From: an uncultured delta proteobacterium
GTDB lineage: Bacteria; Myxococcota; Myxococcia; SLRQ01
DNA length: 13,822 nucleotides
Assembly (NCBI GenBank): GCA_963727485.1
Contig: CAVSGM010000008.1
Location: 1-13,822 of the forward strand
Direction: 5' to 3'
Part shown: piece by piece, positions 6,967-13,822 of the stretch
How the letters are laid out: each line of letters begins with the position of its first letter
How positions within the stretch are numbered: the first letter of the stretch is position 1
Translations under genes and position numbers: made by a program
The notes under the pieces: generated by a model
Database searches by the model: none
What the model was told of the DNA's origin: nothing
The model's input: the letters and a program-made list of their open reading frames with translations, nothing else

Positions 6967-8387
6967 ACCAGCACCCGGAGCTCGGTGAGGTCGTCGATGG
7001 CGTAGCGCACGCCCTCGCGCCCCATCCCCGAGTCCTTCACCCCGCCGTAGGGCATGTGGTCCACGCGGAACGTCGGCACGTCGTTGTGGATCACCCCGCC
7101 GACGGCGAGGCGCTCGAAGGCGCGGAAGGTCGCGGCCAGGTCGTTGGTGAAGATCCCCGCCTGGAGCCCGTAGTCCGAGTCGTTGACCTCGGCGATCGCC
7201 GCGTCGAGGTCGTCGTAGGGGTAGACGACCACCACCGGCCCGAAGGCCTCCTGGCAGGAGATGGGCAGCTTGGGGTCGGCGCCGGTGATCACCGTCGGGG
7301 GGATGATCCGGCCGTGGCGCTCGCCGCCGCAGCGGATGGTGGCGCCGGCGTCCCGGGCCTCGGTGATCGACCGCTCGAGGCGGTCGGCGTCCTGGTCCGC
7401 CCGCAGCGGCCCGCACACCGTGGCGCCGTCGTCGGGATCGCCGACGGGGGTGTCCTTCGCCGCGGCCGTGAGCGCGTCGACGAAGGGCTCATAGACGGAG
7501 CGGTGCACGTAGACGCGCTGCACCGAGATGCACACCTGCCCGGCGTGGGCGAAGGCGCCGTAGGCGCAGCGCTCGACGGCGTGGTCGAGGTCGGCGTCGG
7601 CGTGGACGATGGCGGCGGCGTTGCCCCCGAGCTCGAGGAGGACCCGCTTCTTGCCCGCCTGGCGCTTGAGCTGCCAGCCCACCCGGGCGCTGCCGGTGAA
7701 GGTGAGCACCTGGATCCGCCGGTCCTCGGTGAGCGGCGCCGCGTCGGCGACCTCGCAGGGGATCACGTTGAAGGCCCCGGCCGGGACGCCGGCCTCCTCG
7801 GCGATCTCGGCGAGCACCAGGCTCGAGAGCGGCGTCTCGTCGGCGGGCTTGAGGACCAGGGGGCACCCGGCGGCGAGCGCCGGCGCCACCTTGTGGGCCA
7901 CCAGGTTCAAGGGAAAGTTGAAGGGCGTGATCGCCGCCACCGGCCCCTTGGGGAAGCGCCGGGTGATCCCGATCCGCCCCTCGCCGCTGGGGACGGCGTC
8001 GATGGGGATCACCTCGCCGCCCAGCGATCGCGCCGCCTCGACGCCGAGGGTGAAGGTCTGGATCGCCCGGGCCACCTCGCCCTCGGCGAAGCGCCGGGGC
8101 TTGCCGCCCTCGTGGATGATGAGGTCGACGAGCGTGTCGCGCCGCGCGCGGATCCCGTCGACGATCCCCTCGAGCCAGGCGGCGCGCCGGTGCGCCGGGG
8201 TGCGCGCCAGCTCGTCCGCCACGTGGACCGCCGCCTCGATGGCCCGCTCCACCGACTCGGGGCCGGCGAGCTGCACCGTCCCCACCACCGAGCCGTCCCA
8301 GGGGTAGACGACGTCGCGGGTCTTCTCGGAGCCGACCCACTCGCCGCCAACGAAGTGCTTGAAGCTGCGTGTCTCCATGGCGTCCAT
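6948..8387 (-). CDS. NAD(P)-dependent aldehyde dehydrogenase family protein
   Basis: ITPFNFPLNL, LKPA, FTGS, LELGGN (catalytic Glu), GQVCIS (catalytic Cys), EAFGP and PYGGVKDSGMGREG. Start could be ATG 8387 or 8378. Substrate not determinable. Confidence 0.95.
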   Translation of the reverse strand: MDAMETRSFKHFVGGEWVGSEKTRDVVYPWDGSVVGTVQLAGPESVERAIEAAVHVADELARTPAHRRAAWLEGIVDGIRARRDTLVDLIIHEGGKPRRFAEGEVARAIQTFTLGVEAARSLGGEVIPIDAVPSGEGRIGITRRFPKGPVAAITPFNFPLNLVAHKVAPALAAGCPLVLKPADETPLSSLVLAEIAEEAGVPAGAFNVIPCEVADAAPLTEDRRIQVLTFTGSARVGWQLKRQAGKKRVLLELGGNAAAIVHADADLDHAVERCAYGAFAHAGQVCISVQRVYVHRSVYEPFVDALTAAAKDTPVGDPDDGATVCGPLRADQDADRLERSITEARDAGATIRCGGERHGRIIPPTVITGADPKLPISCQEAFGPVVVVYPYDDLDAAIAEVNDSDYGLQAGIFTNDLAATFRAFERLAVGGVIHNDVPTFRVDHMPYGGVKDSGMGREGVRYAIDDLTELRVLVLKPRA

Positions 8388-8404
8388 TGGTAGGGCGGCG
8401 ACGG

Positions 8405-8443
8405 AAAAAAGAAAGGGGTCCGCGGGCGAACCCGGGACCCCTC
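8405..8443 (-). terminator. Rho-independent terminator of the HU gene
   Basis: Minus strand AGGGGTCC-CGGG-TTCG-CCCG-C-GGACCCCT followed by TTCTTTTTT, about 25 nt after the HU stop. Confidence 0.9.
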
Positions 8444-8468
8444 TCGCAGTCGCGAAGCGACCGACGCC

Positions 8469-8783
8469 CTACTTGGCGGCGGCGGGCTTCTTCGCGGTGC
8501 CGGTGGCCTCCTTGAAGGCCTTGGCGGCACGGAAGGCGATCTTCTTCGACGCCTTGATCCGGATCTTCTCACCGGTCTGGGGGTTGCGGCCCCAGCGCGC
8601 CGGACGGCTGCGCACGGTGAAGATGCCGAGGCCGGGGATGTTCACCTTCTCGGCCTTCTTGCTGTTCTTGGCGATGTAGCCGACGAGGTCCTCGAGGAGG
8701 CCGGTGGCCTCCTTCTTGGTGGCGCCCTCGAACCGCTTCTGGACCATGACGGCCCAATCCTTCTTGAACTGACCCTGGGTCAT
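8469..8783 (-). CDS. hup: HU family histone-like DNA-binding protein
   Basis: VNIPGLGIFTVRSRPARWGRNPQTGEKIRIKASKKIAFRAAKAFKE matches HU/IHF. GGGGAGA SD before ATG 8783. 104 aa; the 8858 start in the ORF track is unlikely. Confidence 0.93.
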   Translation of the reverse strand: MTQGQFKKDWAVMVQKRFEGATKKEATGLLEDLVGYIAKNSKKAEKVNIPGLGIFTVRSRPARWGRNPQTGEKIRIKASKKIAFRAAKAFKEATGTAKKPAAAK

Positions 8784-8862
8784 ATCGTTCTCCCCACAAA
8801 AGGTATGGAGTGTTGTCGCCACCTGGTCCCGATCGCGATCCGCGCTCGCCGATGGCACGCGT

Positions 8863-8893
8863 GTTTAGATCACACGGGGATCCAAAGCGTCAA
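8863..8893 (-). promoter_or_regulatory. Possible promoter of the HU gene
   Basis: Good -35 TTGACG (8893-8888) in a locally AT-richer stretch, followed by TGTGATCTAAAC, which is only a weak -10. Confidence 0.35.
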
Positions 8894-9053
8894 CCCACTT
8901 TCGGCATGATTCCAAGGGGGCGAGAGGCGCACCGGATCGTTCTGACCCTTGCGCCCTGCGGCCCACAGTGCTAGGCGCCGCGCGCGCCCCTGTCGCAGGC
9001 GCCTGACACGCGCCCCATGGCCGGGCGGCGCGCGTTGTTCTAGATCGAAGCCC

Positions 9054-10016
9054 ATGGACACCGACGCCACCGTGCGCGCCGCGCGCGAACACCTCGTCTG
9101 CCTCCCGCCGACGTCGCTCGCCTGGATCGACGTCACCGGCGCCGACCGGCTGCGCTTCCTCCACGCCCTGCTCTCCAACGTCGTCCTCGGGGTCGCCCCC
9201 GGCGCCGGCAACCGCTCGGTGCTCCTCACCGACAAGGGGCGGATGGTGGCCCCGGTGGAGGTGCTCGTCGCCGAGGAGGCGGTGCACCTCGGGGTGCCGG
9301 CGTCGCTCGGCGACACCGTCCTCGCGGCCCTCGACGGCTACGTGATCGCCGACGACGTGGAGCTCGCCCTCACCGATCGCCAGACCCTCCCGGTCCTCGG
9401 CCCGGAGGCGCCGGCGAAGATCGCCGGCCTCCTCGGCGCCCCGCTCCCCGACGGCGATCACGCGCACCGCCCGGGCACCCTCGCCGGCCGCCCGGTGATC
9501 GTCGCCCGCCTCGGCCTCCACGGCGTCCCCGACGCCACCGTCCTCTGCGCCCCCGCCGACGTCGACGCCATCGTCTCGGCCCTGGCCATCGCCGGCGTCG
9601 CCCCGGGCGATCCCGCCGCCGGCGAGGTCCTCCGGGTGGAGGCGGGCCTCCCGGCCTGGGGCGCCGAGCTCACCCCCGACACCCTCCCCATGGAGGCGGG
9701 CCTGGGCCCCATCCTCCACGCCACCAAGGGCTGCTACGTGGGCCAGGAGACCGTGGTCCGGGTCCGCAGCCGCGGCCACGTGAACTGGCTGGTCCGGGGC
9801 CTGCTCCTCGACGGCGCCGAGCCCCCGGCCCCGGGCACCGCGGTCACCCGCCCCGACGGCAAGCGGGTGGGCAAGGTGACCAGCGCCCTGCGCTCGCCGA
9901 CCCTGGGGATCACCGTCGCCCTCGCGCGCCTGCGCCACGAGGTCGGGGAGCCCGGCACCCGCCTCGACGTCGAGGGCGTGGGCGCCGAGGTGGTGGATCC
10001 GCCCTTCGTGCCCTGA
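9054..10016 (+). CDS. ygfZ: YgfZ/GcvT-family folate-binding protein (Fe-S cluster maturation/repair)
   Basis: Signature KGCYVGQE, N-terminal IDVTGADRLRFLHALLSN, LRVEAG.P.WG.E and C-terminal VGKVTS. ATG 9054, 320 aa. Confidence 0.9.
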   Translation: MDTDATVRAAREHLVCLPPTSLAWIDVTGADRLRFLHALLSNVVLGVAPGAGNRSVLLTDKGRMVAPVEVLVAEEAVHLGVPASLGDTVLAALDGYVIADDVELALTDRQTLPVLGPEAPAKIAGLLGAPLPDGDHAHRPGTLAGRPVIVARLGLHGVPDATVLCAPADVDAIVSALAIAGVAPGDPAAGEVLRVEAGLPAWGAELTPDTLPMEAGLGPILHATKGCYVGQETVVRVRSRGHVNWLVRGLLLDGAEPPAPGTAVTRPDGKRVGKVTSALRSPTLGITVALARLRHEVGEPGTRLDVEGVGAEVVDPPFVP

Positions 10017-10056
10017 CGCATTGCCCCCAGGCGCCGCCTCTGGTCCAATCGGGAGG

Positions 10057-10631
10057 ATGGGCGCAGAGGTCAAAGGGGGGTTGCTGGTTCATCTGTCCAA
10101 CTACGCGCGGGAGCGCCAGGGCGAGGCGGCGTGGCAGGCCGTGGTCGACGGCCTCCCCGGAGGCGACCGGGAGGCCCTCGGCGGGCTCATCCTCGCCAGC
10201 GGCTGGTACCCCATGGGCCTGTGGAACCGCACCCTCACCGCCTACATGCGCGCCCACGCCGGCAGCCTCGAGCGCGAGGCCGAGGACCTGGCCCGCTACA
10301 CCGCCGACCACGACCTCAACGTGGTGTTCCGGGTCTTCCTCAAGACCCGGGACCCGGCGTTCATGCTCAAGCGCGCCACCAGCTTCTGGCGCCGCTACTA
10401 CACCACCGGCGATTCTCGATCCCAAGGAGGTCGAGAAGCGCCGGTGGCACGTGACCCTCACCGCGCCCACCGGCGAGGACGAGGGCCCCTGCGAGATCTT
10501 CCTGCAACCAGGGCGCCTGCGCCTGGCTGCGCCACGCGGTGACCCTCACCGGCTCCGAGAGCGCCCGGGTCGAGCACCTCGAGTGCCGGTTCCACGGGTA
10601 CGGGCGCTGCCTCTACGAGGTCACCTGGTAG
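10057..10631 (+). pseudogene. V4R/DUF2378-like protein of ~190 aa, split by two +1 frameshifts (probable assembly error or pseudogene)
   Basis: Frame 1 MGAEVKGG...SGWYP...FWRRYYTTG. Skipping one base near 10411 gives ILDPKEVEKRRWHVTLTAPTGEDEGPCEIF. Skipping one C near 10502 gives CNQGACAWLRHAVTLTGSESARVEHLECRFHGYGRCLYEVTW-TAG (10629-10631). The span is 575 nt = 191 codons + 2. The HxxCRxxGxxxCxYxxxW end is V4R-like. Confidence 0.75.
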
Positions 10632-11724
10632 CGCCGTCGTCGCCCTCGCCGCGCCGCCGGCCGAGGGCCCAGCGCGCCATCCGCCGCACCGCGGGATCCG
10701 GGTCGTCCACCCGGCTCGCCAGCGCCGCGTCGAGGTCGGCGTCGGCGGGCGCGGTGCCGGCGGCGGCGCAGGCGTCGCGCACCAGGCCCGCGTGCCCCGG
10801 CCGGCGCAGGGCGCTCCCGGCGGTGGCCGCCGACCACGCCTCGGCCCCCAGGCGGATCCACCCGGCGAGGCGCCGGGTCGTCACCTCGGGCCTCGGGGCG
10901 AAGGCCGCCAGGCGCCCGGGCTCGGCGAACTTCACCGACCAGGGGCACACGTCCTGGCACACGTCGCAGCCGTACATCCACCCGCCGGCCCGCTCGGCGA
11001 CCTCGTCGGGCCAGGCCTCCCGGTGCTCGATGGAGTGGTACGAGAGGCACCGCCTGGCGTCGACCACCCCCGGGGAGACGATGGCGCCGGTGGGGCAGGC
11101 GTCGAGGCAGGCGGTGCACGAGCCGCAGTGATCGGCGTGGGGGGCGTCGGGCTCGAGCTCGAGGTCCACCAGCAGCGCCGCCAGGAACACCCAGGTGCCG
11201 AAGCGCCGGGTCACCAGGTTGCCGCTCTTGCCGATCCACCCGAGCCCCGCCCGCTCGGCCCACACCTTCTCCTGGATCGGCACCCGGTCGGTGCCACCCC
11301 AGTGCTTGAGCCCCGGGTACTCGACGGCGAGACGCCGGCGCAGGCGCGAGAGGCGCCCCCCGAGCTCCTTGTGGTAGTCGCGTCCCCAGGCGTAGCGCGA
11401 CACCCGCCCGCCCCCGGGCAGCCGGGTGTCCCCGGGGTGCCAGTAGTTGGCGGCCAGGGCGACGACCGAGCGCACCTCCGGGAGGAGCACCGCCGGATCC
11501 ACCCGGGCGTCCCGGCCCTCGGCCATCCACGCCATCCGCCCGTGCATCCCCCGGGAGAGCCACCGGTCGAGGGCCGCGGGATCGAGGGGCGCGTAGCGGG
11601 CGACGCCCACCAGGTCGAAGCCGGCCTCCACCGCCAGGCGCTTGACCGTGGCCGTGTCCCGGGCGACGACGGCCCGGGCCGTGGGCCCGGGGGCCGCGCT
11701 GTCGTCGGTCGCGGGCATCTGCAT
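10621..11724 (-). CDS. queG: tRNA epoxyqueuosine(34) reductase QueG
   Basis: SRYAWGRDYH, EKVWAERAGLGWIGK, CGSCTACLDACPTGA, DARRCLSY, YGCDVCQDVCPW (two 4Fe-4S ligand sets) and a HEAT-like C-terminus DPDPAVRRMARWAL. Confidence 0.95.
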   Translation of the reverse strand: MQMPATDDSAAPGPTARAVVARDTATVKRLAVEAGFDLVGVARYAPLDPAALDRWLSRGMHGRMAWMAEGRDARVDPAVLLPEVRSVVALAANYWHPGDTRLPGGGRVSRYAWGRDYHKELGGRLSRLRRRLAVEYPGLKHWGGTDRVPIQEKVWAERAGLGWIGKSGNLVTRRFGTWVFLAALLVDLELEPDAPHADHCGSCTACLDACPTGAIVSPGVVDARRCLSYHSIEHREAWPDEVAERAGGWMYGCDVCQDVCPWSVKFAEPGRLAAFAPRPEVTTRRLAGWIRLGAEAWSAATAGSALRRPGHAGLVRDACAAAGTAPADADLDAALASRVDDPDPAVRRMARWALGRRRGEGDDGATR

Positions 11725-11797
11725 CTCTTTCGGGCCCTGGGGCCCGGTCCCCTTCTAGCACGCGGCCCCGCCCGTGCCCTATCCTGGGGACCGCACC

Positions 11798-12712
11798 ATG
11801 GCGACCCCCAGGCGACACGCGTTCCACACCTCCGACGGCTGGAGGGAGATCACCGGCGACGGCGACCACCCCGGCGCCGCCGTCCCCCCGGACCCGGTGG
11901 CCCAGAAGGCCCGCGACGAGGGCCCGGTCCCCTGCCCGAGGTGCACCGACGCCAAGGGCGAGGCGCCCCCCGCCCGGGGCGGCCTCGTCGGCCGGGTGCG
12001 CCGGGGCCTCGCCACCGTGGTCGAGGACCTCGACGCGGCGATGCACAACGACCCGGCGGCGCGCTCCCGGGCCGAGGTCGCCCTCACCTACCCGGGGGTC
12101 CACGCCCTCTGGCTCCACCGCCTCGCCCACGGCCTCTTCCGCCGGGGCCACCCCCTGGCCGCCCGGACGGTCTCCGAGACCAACCGCTTCGTCACCGGCA
12201 TCGAGATCCACCCCGGCGCCACCTTCGGCCGCGGGGTGTTCATCGACCACGGCATGGGCATCGTCATCGGCGAGACCGCCTACGTGGGCGACGGCTGCCT
12301 GCTCTACAAGGGCGTGGTCCTCGGGGGCACCAGCCTCGAGCGCACCGTCCGCCACCCCCACCTCGGCCGCAACGTGGTGGTGGGCTCCAACGCCTCGGTC
12401 CTCGGAGGCATCCACCTCGGCGACGGGGCCAAGGTGGGCTCGGGGTCGGTGGTGATCGACGACGTCCCCGCCGGCGCCACGGTGGTCGGGGTCCCGGGCC
12501 GGGTGGTCATCGACGAGCAGGGCCGCCGGGTCTCGGCGCTGGCCGACCACGCCCACGCCGACCTCCCGGACCCGGTGGCCGAGGCCCTCGCCCGCCTCAC
12601 CCGGCGCATCGACCACCTCGAGACCGAGCTCGCCGCCGCCCGGGGCGAGGCGCCGACCTTGCGCCCCGGCGACCCGGCCCCGGGCGACGTCCCGGACCCC
12701 GCCGCCCCCTGA
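11798..12712 (+). CDS. cysE: Serine O-acetyltransferase with N-terminal extension
   Basis: DPAARS..EV.LTYPGVHAL..HR.AH, TGIEIHPGA.FGRGVFIDHGMGIVIGETA, GVVLGGT...RHP, TVVGVPGR and the LPDPV coiled tail. ATG 11798 follows GGGGA and a TATCCT -10-like hexamer at 11780-11785. Confidence 0.92.
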   Translation: MATPRRHAFHTSDGWREITGDGDHPGAAVPPDPVAQKARDEGPVPCPRCTDAKGEAPPARGGLVGRVRRGLATVVEDLDAAMHNDPAARSRAEVALTYPGVHALWLHRLAHGLFRRGHPLAARTVSETNRFVTGIEIHPGATFGRGVFIDHGMGIVIGETAYVGDGCLLYKGVVLGGTSLERTVRHPHLGRNVVVGSNASVLGGIHLGDGAKVGSGSVVIDDVPAGATVVGVPGRVVIDEQGRRVSALADHAHADLPDPVAEALARLTRRIDHLETELAAARGEAPTLRPGDPAPGDVPDPAAP

Positions 12713-12719
12713 CCCGGCT

Positions 12720-13822
12720 GTGCACGGGCTCCGCCGCCTCGCCCCCGCGCTCCTCCTCGCCGTCGCCGTCGCCCTCGCCGGCCCGGCGGCGGCCCAGAGC
12801 GCCTGCCGGCAGGGCCTCGCCCCGTACAACGGAGCCCACCCGGTGGAGGCCGTCCCCGCGGCCCCCTACTACGGCCTCCGGCTCATGGGCATGGGCGGCG
12901 CCTTCACCGCCGTCGCCGAGGGCGCCGAGGGCATCCCCACCACCCTGGCGTCCCTCGCCAACCGCCGCCCGGACCAGGGGGCTGGTTCGACTGGGACCTG
13001 GACCTCTCCTGGGTGATCCCGGCGAACTACCTCGACGTGGACAACGACGGCTGCGGCGCCCCCTCGGGGATGCGGATGCTCGCCTTCGGGGGGCTGGTGC
13101 GCTTCGGCCGCCTGGGGGTCGGGATCTTCTACGACGCGGTGACCTTCGGCGCCGGCGGGTCGAGCCAGCCGACCACCGAGGTCCTCCGGCCCATCTTCGG
13201 CGTCGCCTACGCCTTCCCCGGGGACGCCTTCGTGGTCGGCGCCGGCCTCGACTCCGTGGGCGACACCCTCCGGAGACCGGGCCTCGCCCCCCTCCAGGCC
13301 ACCGGCCACAGCCTCGCCGCCGACGTCCTCTGGCGGCCCCCGGGGCGTCCCTTCCGCCTCGGGCTCTCGGTGAAGCTCCCGGCGGTGGCCCGCCTCGGCG
13401 CCGCCGCCGGATCCGGGGCCCCGACCGCGGTGGTGCGCCCGGCCGAGGTGAGCCTCGGCGGCGCCTGGTGGATCGGCGACGGCCAGCTCAACGCGGCCCT
13501 CCCGGTCACCGACGGGGCGCCGCGCCATCCCCCGGCGATCACCGGCCTCCTCCTCGCCGCCGACGTCTTCGTCCAGGGCGACGGCACCGTGGACGGCGAA
13601 AGGGCTGCGGGCCTCGAGGCCTTCGACGAGGGGCTGCTCCAGCCGGTTGCGCAGGGCTTGCGTTGGGGCCTGCGCGTCGGGGGAGAGACGGTCCCCATCC
13701 CCGGTCACGTCCGCCTCCGCGGGGGGCTCCGCCTCGAGCCCTCGCGCTTCGCCGGGGTGGGGCCGCGCCTCCACCTCACCGGCGGGATTGACGTCTACCT
13801 CTTCGCGCTGCTGGGCTACCGC
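12720..13822 (+). CDS. Outer-membrane beta-barrel protein (FadL/PorV/UPF0164-like N-terminal motif), frameshifted at ~12980 and truncated by the window edge
   Basis: Sec signal MHGLRRLAPALLLAVAVALAGPAAA-Q and RLMGMGGAFTAVAEG. Adding one G to the G5 run at 12977-12981 continues as WFDWDLDLSWVIPANYLDVDNDG...FGVAYAF...FRLGLSVK...VRLRGGLRLEPSRF...LHLTGGIDVYLF, open to the window end with amphipathic beta-strand patterning. Confidence 0.75.

Noticed and set aside
8853..8868. TGGCACGCGTGTTTAG as a sigma54 promoter facing ygfZ
   Set aside because: Good -24 box but lacks the conserved GC at -12.
9054..10016. Calling this gene glycine cleavage T protein (gcvT)
   Set aside because: KGCYxGQE is the YgfZ signature, and no gcvH/gcvP is adjacent.
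10405..10505. Programmed ribosomal frameshifting in the V4R-like gene
   Set aside because: Two successive +1 shifts would be needed, and no slippery sequence or stimulatory element is visible.
10792..13791. 999-aa + ORF and 738-aa - ORF (10613-12829) spanning queG, cysE and the barrel gene
   Set aside because: Low-complexity translations crossing several genuine genes; artefacts of GC content.
1..13822. CRISPR array, tRNA/rRNA, IS, prophage or defence system
   Set aside because: No regularly spaced repeats, tRNA-like cloverleaf, or transposase, integrase or nuclease motifs were seen by eye.

Overview
Very GC-rich bacterial chromosomal window with no mobile element, RNA gene or CRISPR array visible. 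The gene content suggests Myxococcota/deltaproteobacteria (inference). The left half encodes envelope and catabolic proteins: a disrupted small lipoprotein (-), a 1199-aa lipoprotein with a heparinase II-like lyase domain, an inserted LamG-like domain and a C-terminal DUF11 (+), an alpha/beta hydrolase (-), an internally duplicated beta-helix-like lipoprotein (+) and an aldehyde dehydrogenase (-). The right half is mostly housekeeping: HU with a clear intrinsic terminator (-), ygfZ (+), a doubly frameshifted V4R/DUF2378-like gene (+), queG (-), cysE with an unusual CxxC-bearing N-terminal extension (+), and a frameshifted outer-membrane beta-barrel gene running off the right edge (+). Three genes are split in the ORF track by apparent single-base indels and can be rebuilt by hand; assembly error is the most likely cause. 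The most notable items are the modular surface lyase, the CysE extension and two apparent leaderless promoters. All family calls come from recalled motifs, not database searches.
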